Below are positions 19,022 through 28,547 of a stretch of DNA of 64,000 bases, piece after piece. The notes beneath the pieces are model-generated. The model saw only the letters and a program-made list of their open reading frames with translations. It was not told the DNA's origin and did not search any database. Numbering within the stretch: position 1 is the first letter of the stretch; every line of letters begins with the position of its first letter. Location: positions 103,820 to 167,819 of the forward strand of contig JACAFG010000002.1 of assembly GCA_019352195.1 (NCBI GenBank). Direction: 5' to 3'. The DNA comes from Candidatus Saccharimonadota bacterium. Its GTDB lineage: Bacteria > Patescibacteriota > Saccharimonadia > UBA4664. The position numbers and the translations under genes were made by a program.

Positions 19022-19633
19022 TTATTCAGAGGCCTTTGGGGCCTCTTTTTGCATAAATTTAACGACCTGCCCAACAAGTACTTCTACCGGTAGTAGACCA
19101 TCTAGAATTAGGTCTGCGAGGCGCTTCTGCGGATCAACATACATATGATGGTTTGGAAGAATCTTGGAATTGATATATTCGTGACTATCCCAGTGCCTCG
19201 TGCCACTCGTACGGGCGTGCCTACGCTTGATGATTTCCTGGTCAGGGACCTCGATGAAGATCTTCTTATCGAACAAAGCGCTAATTTCTGGGTCGTAGAA
19301 TACCAACCAACCCTCAACGATAATCTTGGCTCGGGCTTCTACTGCTTTCTCTTTGACTCCCTGCTCGGCACTTTCTCTGGAATTGGCTCTGATTGTAATC
19401 GAGCGACCTTCACTTAGTTGTGTCAGATCTTCGAGCAACTTTGGCCAGTTATACAGCTTAGGATCTTCAAAGTTGGTAATGTCGTTTAGATTGTATAAAT
19501 CTGAGCCAATAAAATATTCGTCGAAACTTAGCGTAGATACGTTATCTCCGAGTTGTTCCTTAAGCTTCTTCAATAGGGTCGTTTTACCACTACTGGTTCC
19601 GCCTGCAATGCCGATCAATTTCGTAATCATGCC
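19022..19633 (-). CDS. Uridine/cytidine kinase-like P-loop nucleoside kinase
   Basis: MITKLIGIAGGTSSGKTTLLKKL ... has a P-loop and the udk/PRK family layout. Start is chosen at the ATG following the P-loop upstream context; the longer ORF to 19693 is unlikely. Confidence 0.6.
   Translation of the reverse strand, partial: GMITKLIGIAGGTSSGKTTLLKKLKEQLGDNVSTLSFDEYFIGSDLYNLNDITNFEDPKLYNWPKLLEDLTQLSEGRSITIRANSRESAEQGVKEKAVEARAKIIVEGWLVFYDPEISALFDKKIFIEVPDQEIIKRRHARTSGTRHWDSHEYINSKILPNHHMYVDPQKRLADLILDGLLPVEVLVGQVVKFMQKEAPKASE
19028..19050. terminator. Intrinsic terminator after tRNA-Asp
   Basis: agaggcc-tttg-gggcctct followed by TTTT. It lies within the last codons of the convergent udk-like gene. 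Confidence 0.6.
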
Positions 19634-19713
19634 TTCATGGTAACACCGGCCATAAAGAAAGTTGTAACACCGTCCGCTACGGGCCGCCAGCAATTATCAA
19701 TCATAAAGTGGCT

Positions 19714-20172
19714 TTAATCAGCCTCTTTTCGGTGTCTATCGAGATTAGCAATGAGTTCTTCAACTGTCGACGCGATCAGGTCGAGCGGGACTCTAAGCAT
19801 GGGATTGAGCCGTGAGTTCATGAAAGCGGCCCGGACGTCCGTTTGAAGTCCCACCAGATACTTATTTGGGTGGGTCAGCCGCTTGTCCATGTAGGCTATT
19901 CCGAGCTCAACCGCCGCGCCTTCGTCTGGCACCCGGCCGTCTAAAATGATCATGAAGATATCGGCTGTTATTATCTGGTCACGGTCGAGTTCGAACGTGG
20001 CCCGGCGGCGCTCCTCACGTGTCATGTCAGTGTACGGAGGTTTACTCGACTCCACGCCATCGCGTTGCGGTAAGAATACGTCATAGCCGAGCGCTTCCAG
20101 CTTGTCGGTTAGGCCAGCATTGAACTCCAGTTCGGCTTGGTTAAAAAGGGGGCCGGCAAAATAAATCAACAT
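19714..20172 (-). CDS. Nucleoside 2-deoxyribosyltransferase-like protein
   Basis: MLIYFAGPLFNQAELEFN ... is the Nuc_deoxyrib_tr family N-terminal signature (YFAGPLF). Confidence 0.65.
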   Translation of the reverse strand: MLIYFAGPLFNQAELEFNAGLTDKLEALGYDVFLPQRDGVESSKPPYTDMTREERRRATFELDRDQIITADIFMIILDGRVPDEGAAVELGIAYMDKRLTHPNKYLVGLQTDVRAAFMNSRLNPMLRVPLDLIASTVEELIANLDRHRKEAD

Positions 20173-20233
20173 GCCGTAATCTTACCACCCGGGATGAAAT
20201 GCTCCCTTCGATCTATAAACGCCGGGCAGCTTG

Positions 20234-20638
20234 TTAAGTGGTCAATCTCGTGCGCGCTTCGGCCACAGCGCTCAAAATGTGATCGTGGTTCGGCCCCTCG
20301 GGGACGTCGGTTTCGGTTACCCAGCGCGTAAGCTCAATTTCGGCTGATGGTTTGATGTCAGCTTCTGCTGCTTGGCAGGCAAAAATATAGCGCGCAGAGA
20401 CTCCGTCCCGATTGGTCAGGCGGTTGGCGGCCATTAGCGTGATTTGCTCCTGAAACAGACCAAGTTCTTCGTTTAGTTCTCGATAGGCGGCGGCTTCGGG
20501 CAGCTCATCTTCGCTGTCGAATTTGCCTCCGGGAAGCTTAAAGTTAGCGGGGTCGTCGGCTTCAGCCAAAATGAGAAATAGGGTTGGAGCTGACTGTTTG
20601 AAGATGGCGATGCGTACGCTATCGGTGGCGGTATTCAT
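20234..20638 (-). CDS. NUDIX hydrolase
   Basis: Nudix box GGKFDSEDELPEAAAYRELNEELGL. Confidence 0.75.
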   Translation of the reverse strand: MNTATDSVRIAIFKQSAPTLFLILAEADDPANFKLPGGKFDSEDELPEAAAYRELNEELGLFQEQITLMAANRLTNRDGVSARYIFACQAAEADIKPSAEIELTRWVTETDVPEGPNHDHILSAVAEARTRLTT

Positions 20639-20716
20639 GAGAATAAGTATAGCGGATCAAGCAATGGAGCGTGCAGATGATTGCTTGTTTTGTAGCCATC
20701 GACTGAAAGGACATTC

Positions 20717-21376
20717 ATGAAGCCGTTGTCGCTTCAAAAACGAGTGTGGCTGGTTACTCGACTCATGCGGATGGTGTTATCGACGCTGAATGCGCTCATG
20801 ATTTTTGTTCATGTGAGCGTGCGCAACCGAGAAATGGTGCCCAAAAAAGGCGCGGTCCTGGTCGTTTTTAACCACGAGTCGACGTTTGATCCCATTGCGC
20901 TGTTTGGTGCGCTACCGAGAAATGTGGCCTTTTTGGCCGCTGGCGGCTTGTTCAGGTCCAAGTTATCGGGGTTCTTTATGCGTTGGATGGGGCAAATCCC
21001 CGTACCGCGTGGGACCGATGCCGCGGCGCAAGCCTTATTGGCGGCCGAAGTTGTCATCAGCTTTGACGGCGTTGTGGCCTTGGCGCCCGAGGGCGCCACG
21101 TTTGACAGACTGCATGCGGCCAAAACTGGCGCTGCCAGGCTGGCGTTCAAAACCGGCGTATTGGTGGTTCCGGCGGGACTCATTGGCATGAAGAAAATCA
21201 AGCCGCGCGGCAAATTCCCGCGGTTGCTGTTTCGCCGCGCCAAGATTGTTTTCGGCGAAGGTTTTTACGCTCCCAGAATCACTGATTCACCAACCCCGGC
21301 CGAGCTCGACGCCTTCAACGTCCTCATGATGAACTGCCTCGCCGACCTCAGCGAACAGCCTCGTTTGGCTGCTTAG
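20717..21376 (+). CDS. plsC: 1-acyl-sn-glycerol-3-phosphate acyltransferase family (PlsC-like)
   Basis: NHxxxxD motif (FNHESTFD), FLAAGGLFRS and PEGAT motifs. Confidence 0.7.
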   Translation: MKPLSLQKRVWLVTRLMRMVLSTLNALMIFVHVSVRNREMVPKKGAVLVVFNHESTFDPIALFGALPRNVAFLAAGGLFRSKLSGFFMRWMGQIPVPRGTDAAAQALLAAEVVISFDGVVALAPEGATFDRLHAAKTGAARLAFKTGVLVVPAGLIGMKKIKPRGKFPRLLFRRAKIVFGEGFYAPRITDSPTPAELDAFNVLMMNCLADLSEQPRLAA

Positions 21377-21460
21377 TTCGACTCCATTCAACCTTCGCCC
21401 CCCCCGGGGCATCTACTCGTTTTTATTGACGAAGATGCCCAGGAGGGGGCATTTTCGTGT

Positions 21461-22087
21461 TTAGTTGGCTTGTTGGCTGCGCGTGTACGCATCGAGAACT
21501 TTGGTGCGGTCGGTAAAATAAGTGTTGTAGTACTGCTCGAGCGCGGCTGGCAAGTTTTTATACTCGGTACCTAGCAAAGAGTGCGCTTCATCACGGCGGT
21601 CGGCGGCGGTTTTTTCACCACTAAGCTCGTCGCCAAGGCCGTTGTTGGTATTTTCAGCAATGGCTTGGTCGAGTAGGGGAGCCAGGTCGGATTTTTGACT
21701 ATTACTTAGCCGTTGATAGGCCAGGTGTAGCATTTCGTGCGCGGTGGTAACCACCGTTTGGTCGTGCTGAGCTGGGTCGTCGAGGATGTAGGCCTGATCG
21801 TGTGAGTTGAGACAGCCGAGCCGCTCGACATCGCAGTTCGCATTGACGACAGCAATAGTAGCAAATTGGGGGTTAGTACGCTCAAGCAAATGCAAGCCTT
21901 TGGCATTTAACCCCGCTGCTGACGCAACTGCCACGGTTTCGACGCTGGCAGAGTGGGTCTGAAAAAATACCCAGTCGCCAATTTGAGTTCGATAGAACAC
22001 GGCGCCAAGCAAGAACAGTCCTAGGCTAATGAGGAAGGCGATGTCGAAACGGCGGGATGTGCGGAATTGCGCCATGTTACTGCTCAA
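21461..22087 (-). CDS. Hypothetical membrane-anchored protein with HExxH motif (putative metallopeptidase)
   Basis: N-terminal TM helix and AHEMLHLAYQRL. Confidence 0.4.
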   Translation of the reverse strand: MSSNMAQFRTSRRFDIAFLISLGLFLLGAVFYRTQIGDWVFFQTHSASVETVAVASAAGLNAKGLHLLERTNPQFATIAVVNANCDVERLGCLNSHDQAYILDDPAQHDQTVVTTAHEMLHLAYQRLSNSQKSDLAPLLDQAIAENTNNGLGDELSGEKTAADRRDEAHSLLGTEYKNLPAALEQYYNTYFTDRTKVLDAYTRSQQAN

Positions 22088-22219
22088 TATAGCACGAGCA
22101 TGATGAAGATTCGCTGAGGGCTAATCATCTGGTAATTTCACTCCTATCAGCTATAGTTTGCAGCAACACAGTTGGGCCGTCCTGGTTCAGCCTGTGCAGT
22201 ACCTACACTTGGAGGAGCA

Positions 22220-22699
22220 ATGATTGATGTCGATGAGATAACCTACGGCGAGCTCATCGCGTCGGGGGTCAATCTTACCGTAGTGGCTGATCTCAACCGG
22301 TTGCTGCCGCAACTGTCGTTATCGGCTATCGGGCCACTGACGCGGTACCGGATCATACACGAAATTTTGGGCTCGAGTACGCGCGTGTTTGCAGCGCGTC
22401 ATCGAGGACATATCGTGGGTATCGTGCTCCTGGTATCAGCCCAACTTTTGGTCGGTCAGCGGGACCGCATCGAAGACGTCGTGGTGGACGCTGAATATCG
22501 CAGGCTGGGAATATCGAGTTGCCTCATGGCTCTGGCCGAGGATGCCAGCGCGATGGGACCTTCACCGTACGTTGATCTCACTTCCAAGCCCGAACGCAGC
22601 GGCGCTCGCGCTATGTATGTCGGGCGGGGCTACGTGGTGCGTAATACCGCTGTGTTTCGCTTCGTTCATAAGCGTCCTCCTGCGTCCGAAGCTCGCTAA
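22220..22699 (+). CDS. GNAT family N-acetyltransferase
   Basis: The ATG at 22220 has a GGAGGAG SD. The acetyl-CoA binding motif VVVDAEYRRLGISSCLMALAE is present. Confidence 0.65.
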   Translation: MIDVDEITYGELIASGVNLTVVADLNRLLPQLSLSAIGPLTRYRIIHEILGSSTRVFAARHRGHIVGIVLLVSAQLLVGQRDRIEDVVVDAEYRRLGISSCLMALAEDASAMGPSPYVDLTSKPERSGARAMYVGRGYVVRNTAVFRFVHKRPPASEAR

Positions 22700-22797
22700 T
22701 CTGGCCCTATGGCAGCGAAACGCTTCACCGTCTGGTGATTTGCTCGCGGCTGGCGGGGCGTTTTCGTCCGCTATGATGGCTGGTATACTAGAATTCT

Positions 22798-23511
22798 ATG
22801 CAAAATAAACCCAAGTACCCCGGTCCTCACGATAGTAGTCAGGGTGTCCAGTCTAACGCCCTGAGAGCGGCAGTACTGGGTGCTAATGACGGTATTGTAT
22901 CGGTTGCGAGCATTGTTGTGGGTGTCGCGGGCGCCTCGAGCTCCAAAAGCTTTATCTTAACGGCTGGCGTGGCTGGACTGCTGGCGGGTGCGTTGTCGAT
23001 GGCGGTAGGGGAATATGTGTCGGTAAGTACCCAGCGCGATACCGAGAAGTCCATGCTGGCCCGTGAACTCTATTTGCTCGAAAATTACCCCGATGAAGAA
23101 CGAGAAGAGTTGGCATTGCTCTACGAGGCCAAGGGTTTAAGCAAAAAAACCGCTCGAGTGGTTGCCGATGAGTTGTCAGCCAAAGATGCTGCCGCAGCCC
23201 ACTTTGATGCCGAGCTCGGCATCGATCCTAACGACCTCACCAATCCATGGCAAGCCGCCATTGCGTCGGCCGTGGCATTTTCATTAGGCGCGGTCGTACC
23301 TCTCGCGGCGGTGCTTATCGCAAGCTCAACCCCACGTATCCCGGTAATCTTTGGAGCGGTATTGGTGGCGCTGCTGATTACGGGAGTTCTGAGCGCTCGT
23401 GCTAGCCGCGCTGATGCCGTGCGGGCAACGGTGCGCGTGGTAGTCGGTGGCATACTGGCAATGGCGATTACTTACTCGGTCGGTAGACTAATGGGCCGTA
23501 ACATCGGTTAA
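22798..23511 (+). CDS. VIT1/CCC1 family (iron/manganese transporter-like) membrane protein
   Basis: ALRAAVLGANDGIVSVASIVVGVAGA ... LYLLENYPDEEREELALLYEAKGLSKKTA ... is the typical VIT family layout. Confidence 0.65.
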   Translation: MQNKPKYPGPHDSSQGVQSNALRAAVLGANDGIVSVASIVVGVAGASSSKSFILTAGVAGLLAGALSMAVGEYVSVSTQRDTEKSMLARELYLLENYPDEEREELALLYEAKGLSKKTARVVADELSAKDAAAAHFDAELGIDPNDLTNPWQAAIASAVAFSLGAVVPLAAVLIASSTPRIPVIFGAVLVALLITGVLSARASRADAVRATVRVVVGGILAMAITYSVGRLMGRNIG

Positions 23512-23663
23512 TTACCGCGACGTTCCAATGGCAGAATGGACGAGTTCGATATTGTTGTAAAATGGCGCAAATATGATATGGTATCGTTATCACTCGCCGA
23601 GTGACTTTGCGCGTGTTTGGCGTAGTACCTCACATCCGCTTCTTCCCATGTTGGAGGCAAATT

Positions 23664-24047
23664 ATGAGTCAATCATTGCCGGCGGTAACCTGCAGTGAGA
23701 TCCATCGCGTTGATATCACTGGTGAACTGGCCCTGGAGCTCGAAGATTTGTTTGTCGGTCATGGCGATCGAGTCCCTCAAATCGACTATCGATACCTCAA
23801 TGAGCTGTTGGCCGGGTCTAACCGGCTGTTTGTGGCCCGGTTAGACGGCAAACTGGTGGGCGCTTGCCTGATTCTCAGCGTGAAGTCGCTGGAAAGTTCC
23901 ATGTCGGCGACTGAGCTCGTGGTACATCCTGACTATCGGGGCAGAGCTATCGCCGCTGATCTTCACCGATTTGCTGCGGCTGCTCACGCTGTTACTGCCC
24001 CCACACGTCGGTCGTTCGAACCGTGGGGAAATGTTGTTGGTCCATGA
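23664..24047 (+). CDS. GNAT family N-acetyltransferase
   Basis: The ATG at 23664 has a GGAGG SD. VARLDGKLVGACLIL ... LVVHPDYRGRAIAADL. Confidence 0.6.
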   Translation: MSQSLPAVTCSEIHRVDITGELALELEDLFVGHGDRVPQIDYRYLNELLAGSNRLFVARLDGKLVGACLILSVKSLESSMSATELVVHPDYRGRAIAADLHRFAAAAHAVTAPTRRSFEPWGNVVGP

Positions 24048-24076
24048 CCGATTCTTCTACCAAAGATTGAGGCAGC

Positions 24077-24466
24077 ATGACCAAACGAATGACCGTAGAA
24101 GCTGATTCGGACCAACGCTGGTCGCTCACCCAAGACTGGAAAGGGATTCTCGACGCGCCTAACGCTGCTTCAGTAGCAGTACGGGCCCAGCGAGCCTTCC
24201 GCGGCCGTTTGCTCACGGTGAGCGTCGACGGGGTAGCTCGATCGGGTCAGCGTTATGGTGGGGTACTGGCCAAGTGCCCTCATCACGGTGGCAGCTTTGA
24301 AATGGCAGCCGGTGATGACGGCGGCCATTGGAGCTGGCCGATTGCCCATGACACCAACGACACTGACCCCACCCAATTTGCTTTTCACGGCGTGCAGCTG
24401 ACAGTGACCGGCTTTAGCGTCTCGGGCCAGATGACTACCATCACGTTCACGCCCGAATCCGACTAG
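24077..24466 (+). CDS. Hypothetical protein
   Basis: A 129 aa ORF in a codirectional run of genes. It is not recognised. Confidence 0.4.
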   Translation: MTKRMTVEADSDQRWSLTQDWKGILDAPNAASVAVRAQRAFRGRLLTVSVDGVARSGQRYGGVLAKCPHHGGSFEMAAGDDGGHWSWPIAHDTNDTDPTQFAFHGVQLTVTGFSVSGQMTTITFTPESD

Positions 24467-24660
24467 CTCGTTTTGCCCTTCCCGGCTCTCCCGCACACGG
24501 AACGCCAGGAGGGGCGTTTCCATGTCTCGCGACAATATTTTATCTACTGAACTCATAATGTGTTCAATTACGCTTAAGCTTTTATGGCTTGGTGTTGCCA
24601 TAAATTTACCTGCGTACGATAATGTAGCCGACCGTGCGTACCCCGACATAAGGAGCTCTT

Positions 24661-25314
24661 GTGAGCCGTTTTAATGATCCAGACCTTGAGGAGCTGATGC
24701 GTTTTTGGCGCGGGCTCGACGCTGATAATGCCTTCGTCAGCGTTTCGCTAAAGAACGGCGTGCCTTGGGACAACAAAGTTCACGAATCGCGGTTGCATGC
24801 TTCAATAGGGCTATCATATCGGGCCGAATCTAACGCCGATAATGTTTCGGAGGCCCTGAGGCACATGTGGCCTGCGCTAGATTCGAAACTGACCGGTGCT
24901 CTCGATACGTGCCTACTACAGATTGCCAATCTGGCAGCCGCGATGAGTAGGCACGATGTAGAGCCGGAGCTAAGTTACCGCAAAGGGCCATACTTTGGTC
25001 TGTGGTTTCGGTACGGAATTATCGGCGCTCCGCTCGGTAAAATCCAGTGCTCGCTCTTTGTGGCGGAGATGCGTCCGGTATTTGCTCCCGTAGGCCAGTA
25101 TGTTGACCCTCGCAATGGTGCCATTGATAATTTCTTCGGCCAGGCCGACACCATTACCGACGCTCTCATGGGAGCCATTGAGCAGCTCCAAGTACGTTTT
25201 GCAGAAGGAAAGCTACAGGAGCTTTCAGGGTTCCGTCTCAAGTGGATAGACGGCATCGGTCCCAGACCGATGCGGCCGTTCCAAGCCCGGGCGAGCGTGC
25301 AACACGATCGCTGA
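24661..25314 (+). CDS. Hypothetical protein
   Basis: A 217 aa ORF with a GTG start. Confidence 0.4.
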   Translation: MSRFNDPDLEELMRFWRGLDADNAFVSVSLKNGVPWDNKVHESRLHASIGLSYRAESNADNVSEALRHMWPALDSKLTGALDTCLLQIANLAAAMSRHDVEPELSYRKGPYFGLWFRYGIIGAPLGKIQCSLFVAEMRPVFAPVGQYVDPRNGAIDNFFGQADTITDALMGAIEQLQVRFAEGKLQELSGFRLKWIDGIGPRPMRPFQARASVQHDR

Positions 25315-25447
25315 CCAAACTTAGCCGTTCAGCTGTAAACACCACAGTTTGCCGTTGGGCGGCTGTTGTGTTTAGCCGGTGTTGAGATCATTAGAGCATT
25401 GTAGTTATGCTTTGTGGTATTATTAGCCTATCTAAGAGGGATCTCGC

Positions 25448-25831
25448 GTGGAGCCAGATAAACAACCGAGCCGTAGGATGATGGATATGGGGCCTCGTCG
25501 CTCAATGGACATGGGTCCTCGTCGGCCGCGCCAGACTGAGCAAGTAGTAGCCCCGCCGCAGCATGCAGCGACGCCGCCACCTCCACGCCCCGTTCGTCCA
25601 CCGGCTCCTCAACCCGTACCGCAGCCTCGTCCCGGCCGTCCAGTAGGGCCTGCCCCGGTTCAGCAGCAGGGCCGGCGCCCGGCGCCCGTTGTTGATGAAC
25701 CGCTGACTGAGCCAGCTCCGGCTCGTCGTAGCGGCGGTTGGATGACGGCGCTGCAGGTATTTTTGGGTGTGGTAATAATTGCGGCCGTAGCCGCTGCTAT
25801 TGTGGTGCTCTATATTCGCTACTATCAGTAG
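25448..25831 (+). CDS. Proline-rich protein with C-terminal membrane anchor
   Basis: PPPPRPVRPPAPQPVPQPRPGRPVGPAPV low-complexity region followed by a C-terminal TM helix. Confidence 0.45.
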   Translation: MEPDKQPSRRMMDMGPRRSMDMGPRRPRQTEQVVAPPQHAATPPPPRPVRPPAPQPVPQPRPGRPVGPAPVQQQGRRPAPVVDEPLTEPAPARRSGGWMTALQVFLGVVIIAAVAAAIVVLYIRYYQ

Positions 25832-25891
25832 GTCAAAGGCAGGAACAGGTGAGGTTTCCAAACTACATTCCGGCAGCGGTCGCTTAACGCC

Positions 25892-26305
25892 ATGCAGCGC
25901 GTTATCTATATTGCGATTGGTGTCGGCATAATTACTTTGGGTGCTGCTGGACTTACCGAGGCAACGCTGGCGTATAGCGGCCGCGACGTTCTCCTCGACG
26001 GTACTCCTGCGGTTCATGCGTCTCCAAGCCCTGCACCGTCGCGCTCACCCAGTCCAAGTCCAACGGTTGTGCCTAGTGTGGTGCCCAGTCCGACGGTAAC
26101 GCCCGTGCTGCCCTCGGGCGCGCCCACTGCCACCACGAACTCATTTGTTCATATGCGCGCGTCGGCTTCGATAAACTCAGCGATTGTCGCCAATTTAAAT
26201 GGTGGAACCGTTGTTACCTTGGAGAGCTACGTTGATTCGCGGTGGCAGGAGGTGAGTGTGGGTGGCCAAATGGGTTATGTTTACCGGTCCTATCTAACCT
26301 ATTAG
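25892..26305 (+). CDS. Membrane-anchored Ser/Pro-rich protein with C-terminal SH3b-like domain
   Basis: N-terminal TM helix, a PSPAPSRSPSPSPTVVPSVVPSPTVTP linker, and a C-terminal segment (VHMRASASINSAIVANLNGGTVVTLESYVDSRWQEVSVGGQMGYVYRSYL) that resembles bacterial SH3. Confidence 0.55.
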   Translation: MQRVIYIAIGVGIITLGAAGLTEATLAYSGRDVLLDGTPAVHASPSPAPSRSPSPSPTVVPSVVPSPTVTPVLPSGAPTATTNSFVHMRASASINSAIVANLNGGTVVTLESYVDSRWQEVSVGGQMGYVYRSYLTY

Positions 26306-26966
26306 ACATAGCCGTAACTGTCGGCGCACACGGCCTGTGAATAACATTGGCATAAGAATAATGCCTTGCCTAAGGCCGAACATGACACGAACGTAATTTG
26401 CTGAGAAGAACATCGGGTTGAACATACAAAACTAACATAAGTGACATGGCGGAATTTGTGTAAATCGCTGGTGTTACCTTTCTTCAGATGGCAGATACTG
26501 ACCTCAATTAAACGAGGGCATAACTACATGAGTAAGTCGAAGACCAGAAAGATAAAAACCAGTAATGTTTCAAACGAACCACAAGTAGATGACGTCTTTT
26601 TCATGGATCTGCAGGAGGTTCGGGAGGCTTTGAGTTCAAAATATGAGTACCTTGCCGAGCGGTACGAGTCACAATTTCCAAAGCACAAAGGTATTTCTTA
26701 GCTCAAGATTACGGTCCATCGCCGCAGTAGAGCAGCAACGGTCTTTTGCAACGGCCGTTGTTTTTTGGTATTTTTACTAGGTCCTAGGCGCGCGCGATTG
26801 AGTTTTTATCTTGTCTTGAACCTGAGACTAAGCCCTCCCGAGGGTCTAGCTAAGAGATGAAGAGCAACGAGACAGCGAGTATCAATTCCTGAAAAGCACG
26901 TTGATGTAGTGAGAGGAATGAGCGCAGCTAACGCCGTCGCGATTAATATACACATAGAGCCGAATA

Positions 26967-27042
26967 CGCCGATGTAGCTCAGTTGGTAGAGCAGTGCTTT
27001 CGTAAAGCAAAGGTCGCGGGTTCGAATCCCATCATCGGCTCC
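26967..27042 (+). tRNA. tRNA-Thr (anticodon CGT)
   Basis: Acceptor GCCGATG/CATCGGC, D-arm GCTCAGTTGGTAGAGC, anticodon loop TTCGTAA and CCA end. Confidence 0.8.
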
Positions 27043-27058
27043 AGTAATTATTAGGCCC

Positions 27059-27097
27059 CCAACGAATCCCAGGCAGGTAAGTCTGGGATTCGTTGTT
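27059..27097 (+). terminator. Intrinsic terminator after tRNA-Thr
   Basis: 13-bp stem (caacgaatcccag ... ctgggattcgttg) followed by TTT. Confidence 0.65.
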
Positions 27098-27252
27098 TGG
27101 GTGCTAGATAGCGGGGTCAGGATAAGCGTGGGGCGCTCGCTGGCACGATAGCGCTCGTTACGCTACTATCGATACGTGCTCGAGCGGGTATCGTTTATCG
27201 GTAGGACGCGACCTTCCCAAGGTTGAGAGCAGAGTTCGACTCTCTGTACCCG

Positions 27253-27300
27253 CACCAAAGTAAAACCCCCTAGATTTATCCAGGGGGTTTTACTTTGGTG
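27253..27300. repeat. Perfect 18-bp inverted repeat (large stem-loop) in intergenic region
   Basis: caccaaagtaaaaccccc-(12 nt)-gggggttttactttggtg. No flanking U-run. Confidence 0.6.
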
Positions 27301-27394
27301 CAAAGAGGGGCCGAACCCCGCCCGGTTCGGTGCTATAGGAAGGGTTGTTTCTTCATTATCTGTACCGGTGTAAATGTCGGTAGGTCTTAAACTG

Positions 27395-27416
27395 CAAAGC
27401 GAAATTTCGCTTTTGC
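27395..27416. repeat. Perfect 22-nt palindrome gcaaagcgaaatttcgctttgc
   Basis: Self-complementary sequence in the same intergenic region upstream of the 27509 gene. Confidence 0.55.
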
Positions 27417-27508
27417 ACCGCAATATTTTCGACAAATATAGTTTTTATGGTAAATTCTTCCTAATCGTAATTGATAGCTCATTTCTCTCAGGATGGATGT
27501 GATCTTGT

Positions 27509-28063
27509 ATGTCTCAGGCAACTCGTGCAGAGCGCAGAGCCGCGCGAGCGCGACCAGTGCCAACGATTGAAACCATCATCTACTTCGTCCCTACGACAAA
27601 CGTCGAAGACCAACCGTCTGATAAATGGCTCGAGCAGGCTCGAGCAACGGCTGATGTAATTCGGTCCGACAGCAGCGGTCCGTACTGGGTGCTTCGACTC
27701 CTTGCTGACACCACAAAGATGGCTGACGCTAGACCGCCTTGGAACGATGGCAGTGATGCGGCGCAGCTGGCCGGTTGGCTGCGAGCACCAGTAACGGCGT
27801 TGGCGGTTGATAGGTCCCAGCATCAGCATTTGGCCGACGTCATGCATTTTTCGCCGACGTTAGTCTCACTGGTGCGAAGTTTGGTCCTTAGCGAGTCGCC
27901 CCGAACTATTGTGGTGGTCCTCGATTGGGTGTGGTTTCAGCCTTGGCTCGTCAACCAGCCGTTTCGGCCGGGACGAGTTTATCCGGCAACGTTTCGGTCG
28001 TCGAGCGAGGCGTTGCTGACATATCGCCAGCACGCAGCGCTATTGCTCCCGCCCCAAGCATGA
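27509..28063 (+). CDS. Hypothetical protein (moderately GC-rich)
   Basis: A 184 aa ORF that is not recognised. Confidence 0.4.
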   Translation: MSQATRAERRAARARPVPTIETIIYFVPTTNVEDQPSDKWLEQARATADVIRSDSSGPYWVLRLLADTTKMADARPPWNDGSDAAQLAGWLRAPVTALAVDRSQHQHLADVMHFSPTLVSLVRSLVLSESPRTIVVVLDWVWFQPWLVNQPFRPGRVYPATFRSSSEALLTYRQHAALLLPPQA

Positions 28064-28136
28064 CGAATGCACCCGGGCCAAGGCCCCCGAGGCAGAACTC
28101 GGGGGCCTTTGCACGTACTAATGCTATAATTAGCCC

Positions 28137-28547
28137 ATGAACGCCCCCGAACCCTTGCAGTCTGCACGGGCGAAACTGAGTTTGCGGATTGGTAGTATTC
28201 GCCAGTCACGCTTTGTGGCCGATCGGTTATCGCTCGGCCTTATTATTGGTGCTCTGATTCTAAACATTTTGGCGCTGGCAACTTTAGCCACGCATGTTCG
28301 GCCAACTGATGTTATGGTGCCGACGCATTATTCGAGTTTGCGAAATTTTGATGCGCTAGGGCCCTGGTACTTTCCCTTCGAGGTAGCCGCGTTTGGGCTA
28401 GCGGTCACCTTGGCTAATACAGCGTTCGCCTACTCGAGCTATAACCGTAGCCGACTAGCGAGTTTCTTGCTGCTCAGCGGCGCCATTGTGGTCGGCGTGT
28501 TTACCCTGATTGTCGCCAACGCTTTTGGAGCGGTGGCACCTCAGTGA
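28137..28547 (+). CDS. Small polytopic membrane protein, co-operonic with GT2 synthase
   Basis: Four predicted TM helices. There is a 4-nt overlap with the downstream glycosyltransferase. Confidence 0.5.
   Translation: MNAPEPLQSARAKLSLRIGSIRQSRFVADRLSLGLIIGALILNILALATLATHVRPTDVMVPTHYSSLRNFDALGPWYFPFEVAAFGLAVTLANTAFAYSSYNRSRLASFLLLSGAIVVGVFTLIVANAFGAVAPQ

Noticed and set aside
22100-25320. Possible genomic island (two GNATs, VIT, orphans) with mildly elevated GC
   Set aside because: The GC elevation appears modest (roughly mid-to-high 50s percent by eye) and no flanking repeats or integrase are present. It is not confident enough to call an island without quantitative analysis.
26300-26960. 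AT-rich 650-nt region checked for CRISPR repeats or an rRNA/tmRNA gene
   Set aside because: No regularly spaced direct repeats or conserved RNA motifs were seen. Only a terminator-like hairpin (caacggccgttg T6) and a weak 86 aa ORF (26441-26701) are present.
27166-27435. An 89 aa minus-strand ORF
   Set aside because: It spans the palindrome-rich intergenic region, has no SD, and is interrupted by strong hairpins. It is probably non-coding.
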